A stretch of 64,000 bases of DNA from Tepidisphaerales bacterium (GCA_038329845.1 JBBQNJ010000012.1:1-64000), one strand, 5' to 3'. Counted from the stretch's first letter, positions 26,160 to 35,373 are shown. The notes: a model not told the origin generated them from the letters alone. Made by a program: numbers and translations.

Positions 26160-26927
26160 ATGCTTCGACGGCTGCTGTCGCATCCTCTGACCCGCGGACT
26201 GGATATCGATCATCCGGGGACGACGGCGCTGCGGCGATGGATCATTCGTGAAAAATCGCTGCTGCATCGCGTCTATCGGCGTTGGTACGCGCAGATCGCC
26301 GAGTGGGTGCCCGATTCACCGGCACCGGCGCTGGAGTTGGGTTCGGGGCCGGGGTTTCTCGATCAGTTCGTTCCGCGGCTGATCACGTCGGAGATTTTTC
26401 ACTGCCCCGGGGTGCGGGCGCAGTTGGACGCCCATCGGCTTTGCTTCGCCGACGCGACCTTGCGGGCGGTGGCGATGGTGGATGTGCTGCATCACCTGCC
26501 GCGCCCGCGACGGTTTTTCGCCGAGGCGATGCGCTGCGTCGAGATCGGCGGGACGCTGGTGATGATCGAACCGTGGGTGAACCGCTGGTCCACGCGGATC
26601 TACGCCGGTCTTCACCATGAGCCGTTTTGTCCCGATTCGCCGGAATGGGATTTCCCATCGTCGGGGCCGCTGTCGGGAGCCAACGGCGCATTGCCGTGGA
26701 TCATCTTCCAGCGCGACCGCGAGCGTTTCGAGCGGGAGTTTCCCGGTTGGCGGATCGAGACGATTCGACCGATGATGCCGCTGATGTACCTCTGGTCGGG
26801 CGGCGTTTCTCTACGAGCGGTGGTCCCAGGCTGGGCCTGGCGCCCGCTGGACGCGGTGGACCGGATGCTGGGTCCTTCGCGGGGCATGTTCGCGCTGATC
26901 GTATTGCGCCGAGTGGAATTGCCATGA
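26160..26927 (+). CDS. Class I SAM-dependent methyltransferase.
   Basis: Motif I LELGSGPGFL, motif post-I/II context. TGA overlaps the next ATG. Confidence 0.7.
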   Translation: MLRRLLSHPLTRGLDIDHPGTTALRRWIIREKSLLHRVYRRWYAQIAEWVPDSPAPALELGSGPGFLDQFVPRLITSEIFHCPGVRAQLDAHRLCFADATLRAVAMVDVLHHLPRPRRFFAEAMRCVEIGGTLVMIEPWVNRWSTRIYAGLHHEPFCPDSPEWDFPSSGPLSGANGALPWIIFQRDRERFEREFPGWRIETIRPMMPLMYLWSGGVSLRAVVPGWAWRPLDAVDRMLGPSRGMFALIVLRRVELP

Positions 26928-27568
26928 GTCAGACCCTGCGACTGTTGCGGCGTGATGAGTACGCCGGTGTGAACGAGGTCGATCCGATCCGCTTTTATTA
27001 CTGGCCGATTTTCGGGCGGATGTACCGGCGTCGAGTTGAGCTGTGCCTGGGCGAATTGACCGGCGGTGGGCGCATCCTCGAGATCGGGTTTGGCACCGGG
27101 CTGACATTTCTTAATCTACATGGGCAATACGAAGAAATTCATGGCCTGGATCTCACGGCGGACGTGCGCGCGGTGCATGAGGTGTTCGCCGGTCATGGGA
27201 TCAAAACCGATTTGCGCAATGGCGACGTGCTGGCATTGCCGTACGAGGATGCGACGTTCGACAGCGTGTTGCTGATCAGCATTCTTGAGCATATTCGTCC
27301 CGAGCAGCAGGCTCGGGCGTTTGCGGAGATTCGCCGGGTTCTCAAGCCGGGCGGGCAGGTGGTGTACGGCGTTCCGATCGAGCGGCGGCTGATGGTGATG
27401 ATGTTCCATCTGCTCGGATACGACATCCGCGAGCACCATTTTGCGACCGAGCATGATGTGCGATCCGCCGCCGAAAAAGTCATGGCGCCGGTGGCGATCC
27501 GGCGGATGTACGCGACGCCGGCGATATTCGGCGCGGTGTACGAAGTGGGGCATTTCGTCAAAGCATGA
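26924..27568 (+). CDS. Class I SAM-dependent methyltransferase (second paralog).
   Basis: Motif I ILEIGFGTGL, motif III-like VLKPGGQVV. ATGA overlaps on both sides. Confidence 0.75.
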   Translation: MSQTLRLLRRDEYAGVNEVDPIRFYYWPIFGRMYRRRVELCLGELTGGGRILEIGFGTGLTFLNLHGQYEEIHGLDLTADVRAVHEVFAGHGIKTDLRNGDVLALPYEDATFDSVLLISILEHIRPEQQARAFAEIRRVLKPGGQVVYGVPIERRLMVMMFHLLGYDIREHHFATEHDVRSAAEKVMAPVAIRRMYATPAIFGAVYEVGHFVKA

Positions 27569-29022
27569 CCGAGAACGGCGCTCAACCCGGCTCGCTGGCG
27601 GCCGCACCGCGGCGGGCGATGAGTTGGACGGCGCTGTGTGCCCTGGCGGTCGCCGCGGCGGGGCTGGGTCAGGCGATGCAGGTGCGTGACGGGCTGTACG
27701 ATCCGAGTGCGGTGGCGTGGCTGGCGGTGGCGGTGATGGCCGGGGGATGGGCGATTCTCGGGCGTGCGGCGGCTTGGGTGGAGCGGCGGGGACCGCGGGT
27801 TCTGCTCGATTTGCTCACGGTTTTGGTCGTGGCGCAACTGGCGACGATGGCTCGTCGGCCCCCGATCGACGGATTTCCCGCAGCGCTCGAAGCCCGCGCG
27901 ATGATGCTGCTGGGCGCGGGGATGATCGTGGCAGTGCGCCTGGCGCCGCTACGGCATCTGCGCTGGATCGCGCCGGCGATGATCGGCGTTTATCTGCTGC
28001 TGGGGATCATAGCGGTGGGGATGAACCCCAAGCCGATCATCGATGTGTATACCGTTCATGTCGAGGCGGTCGAAGAACTGATGAGCGGTCGCAATCCCTA
28101 CGCGATGACGTTCAGCGACCCGTATCGCGGCACGTCGTTCACGTATCCGCCGGGCATGGCGCACGATGGGCGGCTGTGGTTCGGGTGGATGTATCCGCCG
28201 TTGAGCCTGGTGCTGTCGGGGATCGGACAGATCGCGGTGGGGGATTTTCGCTACGCGCATCTTCTGGCGATGGCGTCGGCGGGTGCGATGATCGCCATGA
28301 TGGGTTGGCGATCGGGGCGGTGTGCTGGCCGCGTGGGTGTGCTGGCCGCGGGGTTGCTGCTGTTTAGCCCGCGGGCGTTGTATTTCATCCAGATGGGATG
28401 GACCGAGGCCCTGGTGACGATGCTGCTGGCGGGGACGGTGCTGGCGGCGATGTCGGGTCGCGCCGGTGCCGGTCGGCTCGATCGCGGAGGCGTGTCGTGG
28501 AAGCTGATCGCGGCGCTGGGGCTGCTTCTGGCGATCAAGCAGCACATGGTTCTGCTGATCCCGGCGGTTTTTCTGCTCACGGGCGAGAACTGGCGGGCGG
28601 CGATTCGGCTGCTGATTGCCGCGATTGCACTCGCGGCCCTCGTCACGCTGCCGCTGGCGCTGTGGGATCCGGCGGCGTTCGTGCGGGGCGTTGTTCTGCT
28701 GCAATTGTGGCTTCCTTTTCGCCACGATGCGTTGAGTTTTCCGGCGATGGTGAACGCCTGGTGGGGCGTTGCCCCATCGCCGATCTGGGGGTTTGTCGCG
28801 TATGCCGCGGCGATGGGCGTGTGCCTTCGGCGATGCCCGCGCAGCGCTGGGGGATTTGCGATGGCCACCGGCATTTCGCTGCTGGCGTTTTTCGCGTTCG
28901 GCAAGCAGGCATTTTGTAATTATTACATGCTGGTGTCGGCGGCGTTCGCCTGCGCGATCGCCGCCACCGCCGCCGCCGCCGCCGCTTCCCCCGAGCGCCC
29001 GGGCGGCGAGGCTCAGTCGTAG
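27565..29022 (+). CDS. Polytopic membrane glycosyltransferase of the GT-C superfamily (DUF2029 / GT87-like mannosyltransferase family).
   Basis: ~12 predicted TM helices. Conserved early periplasmic-loop Asp/Glu cluster (IIDVYTVHVEAVEEL) and aromatic-rich loops typical of DUF2029 proteins. Confidence 0.6.
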   Translation: MTENGAQPGSLAAAPRRAMSWTALCALAVAAAGLGQAMQVRDGLYDPSAVAWLAVAVMAGGWAILGRAAAWVERRGPRVLLDLLTVLVVAQLATMARRPPIDGFPAALEARAMMLLGAGMIVAVRLAPLRHLRWIAPAMIGVYLLLGIIAVGMNPKPIIDVYTVHVEAVEELMSGRNPYAMTFSDPYRGTSFTYPPGMAHDGRLWFGWMYPPLSLVLSGIGQIAVGDFRYAHLLAMASAGAMIAMMGWRSGRCAGRVGVLAAGLLLFSPRALYFIQMGWTEALVTMLLAGTVLAAMSGRAGAGRLDRGGVSWKLIAALGLLLAIKQHMVLLIPAVFLLTGENWRAAIRLLIAAIALAALVTLPLALWDPAAFVRGVVLLQLWLPFRHDALSFPAMVNAWWGVAPSPIWGFVAYAAAMGVCLRRCPRSAGGFAMATGISLLAFFAFGKQAFCNYYMLVSAAFACAIAATAAAAAASPERPGGEAQS

Positions 29023-29262
29023 CAGGCCGCGATTTCATCCAGCCGGCGATAGAGTTCGACGACGACCTTGCGGTACAAGTCGAACTCGCTGCGGGTGGAG
29101 AGTCCCAGTTCCGCAGAGCGCGGAGGTGTTCGTCGGCATGACTCGGGACGCCGACATCCTCGTGGGCATGATGAAGAACCGCGACAATCGCCAGGAGTGT
29201 GGAGGTTCAGCCGAGGCTTGTCTTGACGAGCCGTCGGAGCACGCCGACGATGCGGTGCTTCA

Positions 29263-30534
29263 TTGATGACTCGCTTATCACCCCCACCTCCGGGCGCGTC
29301 CCAAGCGGCGAGCGGCGGCACGTCGCTGGTTGCGGTCTATGCCGTCGAGGCGATCAGCTCAATCTGCTCGACGTCGCTGACGATCGGGATATTTTTCTTC
29401 ATGCAGGACCAGTATGGGTGGGGGCTGAAGCGCAACTTCGCACTGGCGGTGGGGCAGGGCGCAACCTACATGCTGGGGGCGCTGCTGGCCGGGCGGATCG
29501 AGCGAAGGCTGGGTCGTCGGGCGATGCTGGCAATGCTCTACGCGATCCTCGCCGGGCTGTGCGCGGCGGCGGCGTGGTGGGGCGGGGCGATTCTTATCGT
29601 GTCGATCCTGGTCGCCTATACGATGGTTATCTCCGCGACCTGGCCGGTCTTGGAGAGCCTGGTATCGGTCGGGGTCGATGCGCATGTGATGTCCCGCCGG
29701 ATCGGCGTGTACAACCTGGTCTGGTCGGGGGTCAGCGCCGCGACGGTGGCGCTGACGGGGACGATCATCCAACACTGGCCGGTCGGGGTGTTGATGGCAC
29801 CGGCGGCGCTGCATGGGATTGCGGCGCTGGTGATGCTGGCGGCGAGGCTGCCGCTGGAGCCGGGGGCTGAGCGTGGCGTCCATCTCGACGCCGAGCCGGA
29901 GCTGCTGCGCAAGCGGACGCTGGCGATGTGGCTGTCACGGATCGCCATGCCCTCGACTTACGTGGTGATCTACGCAATGGCCGCGATGATGCCGTTATTG
30001 CCGGTGCTGGCGCTGTACGACACCGGGACGCGCACCGTGATCGGCAGCGCCTGGCTGGTGGGGCGGTGGCTGGCCTTCGCGGGGCTGGCGATGACCGCGT
30101 GGTGGCACACCCGCCCGCTGCTGCTGCTGTTCAGCACCGCCGCGATGCTCGTGACGTTCATCGGCGTCGGTATCCGCGCATCGGACCTGCCGGGATTGCA
30201 CGGGCTGCCGGCGTCGGCGGACCTGGGCGTGATGATCGGCTCGCAGATGTTGTTGGGCGTGACGCTGGGCGTAATCTATGCCGGGAGTCTATACTTCGGG
30301 ATGGCGCTTAGCAGCGGCAGCACCGAGCATGGCGGCTATCATGAGGCGCTGATCGGACTGGGCTGCGTGCTGGGTCCGGGCGTGGGCGCGCTGACGCAAG
30401 TGATCTGGCCGGGGAATCTGACGGCCGGCGTGTGGGCGGTGTCGGGCGTGGTCGGGGTAAGCCTGGTCTCGGCGATAGTGGCCGCGGCCGAAGCCCGCCG
30501 GCGTCGCCGGTGCCGGGGCGCGGGAAGGACCTGA
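29263..30534 (+). CDS. MFS-family transporter.
   Basis: 12 hydrophobic segments, MFS-like loop motifs (GRIERRLGRR). Confidence 0.7.
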   Translation: MMTRLSPPPPGASQAASGGTSLVAVYAVEAISSICSTSLTIGIFFFMQDQYGWGLKRNFALAVGQGATYMLGALLAGRIERRLGRRAMLAMLYAILAGLCAAAAWWGGAILIVSILVAYTMVISATWPVLESLVSVGVDAHVMSRRIGVYNLVWSGVSAATVALTGTIIQHWPVGVLMAPAALHGIAALVMLAARLPLEPGAERGVHLDAEPELLRKRTLAMWLSRIAMPSTYVVIYAMAAMMPLLPVLALYDTGTRTVIGSAWLVGRWLAFAGLAMTAWWHTRPLLLLFSTAAMLVTFIGVGIRASDLPGLHGLPASADLGVMIGSQMLLGVTLGVIYAGSLYFGMALSSGSTEHGGYHEALIGLGCVLGPGVGALTQVIWPGNLTAGVWAVSGVVGVSLVSAIVAAAEARRRRRCRGAGRT

Positions 30535-30588
30535 GTTTTCGCGCCCCTGAAAGCCGCGGCGTCGGGGGCGGATAAAAAAAAGATCGGA

Positions 30589-31647
30589 ATGACTATGAAG
30601 CACCCAATTTTTCGGACGATTATCGCGGTTTTGCCGGCCCTGTTCATGGCGGGGGGATGCAACCTCTTTACGCCGTCGGATTCGACGATTCGCGGGCAGG
30701 CGACGAACTTCCATTCATCGCTCGAACCGGCGGTGATGGAGGACAAGGCATCGGATCCGGTGCTGGAGCGGTACATGCAGGCGATCGGGTCGCGCATCAT
30801 CGAGGCGGCGCGGGCGATGGATGTGGCGGGCGAGGGTCCCAAGGCGCACACCCGGGGCAAGGACAACTCGTGGATGTTCAACGTGCAGTTCCACCTGGTC
30901 AACAGCAAAACGCTCAACGCCTTCACGACGGGCGGGGATCACATTTACATCTACAACGAGCTGCTCCAGGACTGCAAGAACGAGAACGAGCTGGCGGCGG
31001 TGATGTCGCATGAATATGCCCATATTTACTGCCGCCATGTGCAGTCGGGGACGGATCGGCAGTACAAGGTTCTAGCCGGGGCGCTGGCGCTGGGTGGGGC
31101 GGGGTATCTGGTCGGCGGTAAGGAAAAGGGGGCCGAGTATGCCCAGCTCGCCAGCCAGGGGGCGACGGTGGCGGGCTCGCTGATCAACATGGGATTCACG
31201 CGGGACGACGAGGCGCAGGCCGATGAATGGGGCTGGTATTTCTACACGCGTGCGGGGTGGGATCCGGCCCAGTTCGGGGGATTTTTCCAGACCATGATCG
31301 ACAAGGGTCTGGACACCGCCCCGGAGATGCTCAGCGATCATCCGAGTTTGAAGAACCGCGTGGCGTGGGCGAAGAAGATGTACGATCAGGGGAAGTATGA
31401 CGCCTCGTGGCGAAAACCGCCTGTGGCATCGCCGGCGGAGTTCGAGGCGATCAAGAAGAAGGCCGCGGCGCTGGGTCAGCGGATGCCGGACGACAAGAGC
31501 CTGGCGAACAGCCAGCAGCTTTTGCAGGCATTGCCGCGAAGCTGCATCGCCCCGGTGGATCCGGCGGATCGTAAATCGGCGGCGGATCGCTTAGCGGCGT
31601 CGCTGCGGGCCCAAGCCGCCAAGCCGCGCGATGCCCGCCGCTTATAG
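30589..31647 (+). CDS. M48-family zinc metallopeptidase lipoprotein.
   Basis: Signal + lipobox (LFMAGGC). HEYAH zinc-binding motif with downstream Glu. RBS ggaatgactATG. Confidence 0.8.
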   Translation: MTMKHPIFRTIIAVLPALFMAGGCNLFTPSDSTIRGQATNFHSSLEPAVMEDKASDPVLERYMQAIGSRIIEAARAMDVAGEGPKAHTRGKDNSWMFNVQFHLVNSKTLNAFTTGGDHIYIYNELLQDCKNENELAAVMSHEYAHIYCRHVQSGTDRQYKVLAGALALGGAGYLVGGKEKGAEYAQLASQGATVAGSLINMGFTRDDEAQADEWGWYFYTRAGWDPAQFGGFFQTMIDKGLDTAPEMLSDHPSLKNRVAWAKKMYDQGKYDASWRKPPVASPAEFEAIKKKAAALGQRMPDDKSLANSQQLLQALPRSCIAPVDPADRKSAADRLAASLRAQAAKPRDARRL

Positions 31648-31670
31648 GCGACGGTTCGGCCGCCGGAAAG

Positions 31671-31872
31671 TTTTGTAGGGTGGGGCTTGCCCCACCATTT
31701 CCGAATGGCAACGAAATGGGTAACACTTCAGCCGTCTGCCGCGATTCCCGTTTTTGCGGCCTCAGTCAAGTTGGGTCTGTCTGCTGACCCGCGATATCAG
31801 CCTCAGAATCAACGTGCCGGCATTTGGCTGAAATGTGACCGAAATGGTGGGGCAAGCCCCACCCTACAGAAA
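31671..31872. mobile_element. ~120-bp repeat element (core 31724-31840, 8-13-bp imperfect TIRs cacTTCAGCCG) embedded between two 30-bp perfect inverted repeats, each containing a GGTGGGGC-nn-GCCCCACC hairpin. Second core copy at 50965-51080.
   Basis: Core aligns ~92% to 50965-51080. Flanked here by direct CGAAATGG. Outer palindrome ttttgtagggtggggcttgccccaccatttc … gaaatggtggggcaagccccaccctacagaaa. Confidence 0.65.
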
Positions 31873-32074
31873 CTGGATCGATAGCATCAACCGATGCCCC
31901 GGAACGCCGGCGGCCCGGATCACCTTCGGCGAACGCTTGATTGCGCGGTGATCCGGGGCGGTGGAGCGATTCGCAGAGTCGTTGCGAGCGCAGGCAGGGC
32001 GATCGTGGCAGATGCAGGACGTAATTTGCCGCCGACGTCCTCAGCAACGGGATCATCGCTTATCGGCGTGGCGG

Positions 32075-33727
32075 TCAACCGCCGGGGGGGACACCGGCGG
32101 CACTCAAGTCAACGGATGGTTGCAGCTCGAGGACGACTCGCCGGGGCGAAAGGCGTTGCTCGGCGATCAGGAGCCAGCTCTCCAGACGACCGGGGCCGGC
32201 CTTGAGCGTGATCGGCGCGAGTTCGATTCGGGTCTGGCCGGCTTGTACGGGCGCTGAGCGACCGATCCCGTCGATCGCCACCATCGCGTGGCCATCGGCC
32301 GAAATGCCGGGCAGGTGCAGCTCGATGCGATACTCACCCGGGCGGGTGATGAGCAATTCCCAATGCCCGGCGTGCTGATCCGACCAGCCGTCGTCTCCGT
32401 GCCCGCGCCAATCCTGGCGGGTGAGGATCACCCGCGGCTCATGGTCGTCGCCGACATGGATCAAGATCGGGGCGTAGTTGTCCGGCCGGGTATTCGAGAC
32501 GTCCGCGAACCATTGTTCATACCGATCGCGCAACGTGGCGACGACCTCGACGTGGCGATCGGACACGTCCTGGCGCTCGAGAGGGTCGGCGATCAGATCG
32601 TAAAGTTCGCGTCCATCGACGAGTTTCCATCTCGAAGTAATGACCGCGCAGTTGGTGTAGAGGCGTGGGACATCGCCGCGATGCCATTGCATGATGATCG
32701 TCCGTTCGTGGGGCGGTTGCGGTTGATCCGGTCGCATCGCCGGCAGGAGGTTGATGCCGTCGATCGTGCGGTCGCTGGGCAGTGGCACTCGGCACAAGTT
32801 GGCCAAAGTCGGCAGCACGTCGATCGGGTTGGCGGGGATTGCCACATCGCGCGCGGCGGGGAAATGGTCCGGCCACCGCCAGAAGCAAGGGGTTCTGATG
32901 CCCCCTTCGTAGAGGCTGCCCTTAAGCCCGCGCAGCTCCGCGTTGAAGCGTGACTGTCCCTCGTGGCGAGCCGCGGGGCAGGGGCCATGATCGCTGGTGA
33001 AGATCACGACCGTCCGCTGATCGATTTTCATGTCGCCGAGCTGATCGAAAATCCGGCCGAGGTTCATGTCCAGGTTCTCGATCATTGCGTAGAGCCGGGC
33101 GTGTTTTTCATTCAGGCCGCGTTCAAGGTGATGGGCGAACCACTCCTGGGGGACGTGCAGCGGGACATGCGGCACATTGGGCGCCAGGCAGCAGAGGAAG
33201 GGCGTTGTGGCTTTTGCGATAAAGTCCATGGCGGCGTCGGTGAACACATCGGTGCAATATCCGTTGCTCGGTTCGATCCGGCCGTTGTGCTGCAGATCCG
33301 GGTCCATGTAGCCGTCGCGGTCGGTGAAGGATCCCGGTTGGCGAAGCCCGCCGCCTTGATGCACCAGGGTTTGCTGGAACCCTTTATCACAAGCTCGCGT
33401 GGGATAGTGGTCTCCCAGATGCCACTTGCCAAACAGGCCGGTGGCATATCCGGCCTCCTGAAAGATTTCGCCCAGGGTGATTTCGCGCGGGTCCATGATG
33501 GATCGGCCGAGGTAGGTGTCGATGGCGCCGGTGCGGTAGGGATAGCGCCCGGTGAAGAGGCTGGCCCGGGCCGGGGTGCAAAGCGGCCCGGAGCAATAGC
33601 GGGTGAAGCGGGTGCTTTGGGCGTGAAGCTGATCCAGCCGGGGGGTGCGAACGTGGGGATTGCCGTGGCAGGCCAAGTCGCCCCAGCACAGGTCATCGGT
33701 GATGATGAGCAGGATATTGGGTTGCAT
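32075..33727 (-). CDS. Sulfatase (Cys-type) with no obvious signal peptide.
   Basis: LLIITDDLCWGDL, CTPARAS formylglycine motif, GKWHLG. C-terminal ~150 aa extra domain. Confidence 0.85.
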   Translation of the reverse strand: MQPNILLIITDDLCWGDLACHGNPHVRTPRLDQLHAQSTRFTRYCSGPLCTPARASLFTGRYPYRTGAIDTYLGRSIMDPREITLGEIFQEAGYATGLFGKWHLGDHYPTRACDKGFQQTLVHQGGGLRQPGSFTDRDGYMDPDLQHNGRIEPSNGYCTDVFTDAAMDFIAKATTPFLCCLAPNVPHVPLHVPQEWFAHHLERGLNEKHARLYAMIENLDMNLGRIFDQLGDMKIDQRTVVIFTSDHGPCPAARHEGQSRFNAELRGLKGSLYEGGIRTPCFWRWPDHFPAARDVAIPANPIDVLPTLANLCRVPLPSDRTIDGINLLPAMRPDQPQPPHERTIIMQWHRGDVPRLYTNCAVITSRWKLVDGRELYDLIADPLERQDVSDRHVEVVATLRDRYEQWFADVSNTRPDNYAPILIHVGDDHEPRVILTRQDWRGHGDDGWSDQHAGHWELLITRPGEYRIELHLPGISADGHAMVAIDGIGRSAPVQAGQTRIELAPITLKAGPGRLESWLLIAEQRLSPRRVVLELQPSVDLSAAGVPPGG

Positions 33728-33825
33728 GAGCCGGATGATACCCGAGTCCGGGCCGTTGCGGGGGATGAGGGCTCTGGGCCGGATTGGCCCCGCGGGACGA
33801 TCTACGATCGCGATCCGATGGCGGT

Positions 33826-33980
33826 GGAGGTCGAGCGGATGATCTTGGGAATCACGTGCTGGGTGGTGAGGGTATCGGCGCGATCGAGCATTTGCGCGAA
33901 GATTTTTCTCCAGCGGCTCGGTTCGGCGGTCACCCCAGTAGCGGCGAAGGCTCAGGTAGACGTTGATACGCCCGAAAGAG
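33826..33980 (-). pseudogene. Diverged ~155-bp fragment copying the 3' end (last ~45 codons, stop retained) of the hypothetical gene at 34407-35156.
   Basis: ~85% nucleotide identity to 34407-34572 with one 1-bp indel. Translated tail …PKIIRSTSTAIGSRS* versus …MPKIVKSISSAIASRS*. Confidence 0.6.
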
Positions 33981-34037
33981 TCAAGACGCCCGAAAGAGTC
34001 AAGACGCCCGAAAGGGTCAAGACGCCCGAAAGGGTCA
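33963..34037. repeat. Tandem repeat of 4-5 copies of an 18-bp unit (ACGCCCGAAAGRGTCAAG).
   Basis: gagtcaagacgcccgaaagagtcaagacgcccgaaagagtcaagacgcccgaaagggtcaagacgcccgaaagggtcagg. Confidence 0.85.
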
Positions 34038-34118
34038 GGTGCATCGGATCAGGCGTGAGGCTCCGAAAGCCGAGGTGCTGCACTTGGAGTGGGCTTTCCG
34101 CCAACGCGGTGAGCGCAT

Positions 34119-34370
34119 GTGAGCGACTGGCACCAGAGGGACCTGACCCTTTCGGCCTTCCTTGATGACCACGACTTTTCAAACCCTTGGAAATGTCTCA
34201 ATGCTGCCCGGGTGAAGTATATGAAGGCCTCCGAGGGGGTCCGCCGGAGGATTCGAGAGGATCCGGAAGTCGCTGAGTCGGTTCTATTGAAAGCAGGAAT
34301 CGTTGTCGAGGAGAAGTCCGGTTCATCTCGATTTGGCGTGAAGTTGGCCAAGCGGTTCCGAACTGCTTGA
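34119..34370 (+). CDS. Hypothetical small protein (83 aa) in a lower-GC pocket between the 3'-end duplicate and its parent gene. Coding status uncertain.
   Basis: Open frame with moderate, non-repetitive composition (…VKYMKASEGVRRRIREDPEVAESVLLKAGIVVEEK…). No recognisable family. Confidence 0.3.
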   Translation: MSDWHQRDLTLSAFLDDHDFSNPWKCLNAARVKYMKASEGVRRRIREDPEVAESVLLKAGIVVEEKSGSSRFGVKLAKRFRTA

Positions 34371-34406
34371 CCTCGAGCTTGGGTGTTGCCGTTGCCGCGT
34401 CGCGGG

Positions 34407-35156
34407 CTAGGAGCGCGAGGCGATGGCGCTGGAGATGGACTTGACGATCTTCGGCATGACGTGATGGTTGGCCAGGGTATCGGCGCGATCGAGCATTTGC
34501 GCGAAGATTTTCTCCAGCGGCTCGGTTGGGCGGTCGCCCCAGTAGCGGCGAAGGATCAGGTAGACGCTGATGGCGTCCTCGGAATAGTCGCCGGTGCGGA
34601 CTTGGTAGCTGTTGGTGCGGGTGACCACGTCGATGCGGGCTTGCAGCCGGCAGTCGTCGCTGAGGGCGACGATGACGCTGGGCTGGAAATCGACGGGTCT
34701 GGCGCCGGGCTCTTCGGCCAGGCAAGACAGGGGGCTGTCGGCGAAGAGGCTGTCGGCGACGATCTCATCGTGATTGCCGGTGCAGTTCAGGTCGAACCCG
34801 AAGAGCAGATCGAGGTAGTCGATCTCGAGGGGGCTGACGCCGAGGTGGAACGGGGCCAGTTCGAGCAGCAGGCCATGCAGTTTCAGGGTTTCATCCAGGC
34901 TCTGGGGATTGACGTGGCCGCTGTAGAGTCGGCGCGCCTCGAGCGACGCCCAGCGATATGACGGGTTGCGCCGGTCTTCCTCGAGGGTGACTTCGCCACC
35001 CTCGCCTTTTCGCAGCCGCCCCATCGCCGGGAAAGCCTTTTGCACGCGCTCGAAGAAATGCAGCACGGTCTCCCGGCTGTTGGGCAGGGCAAGCTGCGAT
35101 CCGAGTCGCATGTTGACGTAGAAATCGTCGCAAAAGGGGCAATACGGATTCGACAT
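34407..35156 (-). CDS. Hypothetical protein (249 aa, N-terminal CPFC motif).
   Basis: Long ORF with balanced composition. Its 3' end is duplicated at 33826-33980. Confidence 0.6.
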   Translation of the reverse strand: MSNPYCPFCDDFYVNMRLGSQLALPNSRETVLHFFERVQKAFPAMGRLRKGEGGEVTLEEDRRNPSYRWASLEARRLYSGHVNPQSLDETLKLHGLLLELAPFHLGVSPLEIDYLDLLFGFDLNCTGNHDEIVADSLFADSPLSCLAEEPGARPVDFQPSVIVALSDDCRLQARIDVVTRTNSYQVRTGDYSEDAISVYLILRRYWGDRPTEPLEKIFAQMLDRADTLANHHVMPKIVKSISSAIASRS

Positions 35157-35373
35157 AGGGCATTTCTCCCGCGCCGCCGGTTCCGGCGTCGGCGTGCGGC
35201 GGACACGATGGGATTCGAATCAGCGGTCCGGCGATTCGACCGGGGGAATTCCATCGGCATCGACGCCTGATACAGTGTACCCGATTTGTACTAGAACGTC
35301 CCGGCGGGTCAATCGGTTCGTTTGAAGCGTTCGATGCCGTGAACCGCCTGGTCGCCAACGAGGTTGTTTCGTC

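Noticed and set aside
29013-29321. 102-aa ORF on the - strand between the GT-C gene and the MFS gene
   Set aside because: Mostly Arg/Pro/Cys-rich low-complexity translation. Only the last ~30 residues look protein-like and lack any start codon. It was left as intergenic.
31687-31884. 65-aa ORF and the N-terminal 28-aa extension of the response-regulator ORF (51011-51094) with near-identical peptide AAPRYQPQNQR…
   Set aside because: The shared peptide is a by-product of reading through the two copies of the ~120-bp repeat element. The regulator has a canonical start at 51095.
33963-34037. Possible CRISPR array (regular short repeats here and at 45141-45212, 60411-60600, 62030-62260)
   Set aside because: Repeat units are contiguous with no unique spacers, so these are tandem/simple-sequence repeats. 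No cas genes are present.
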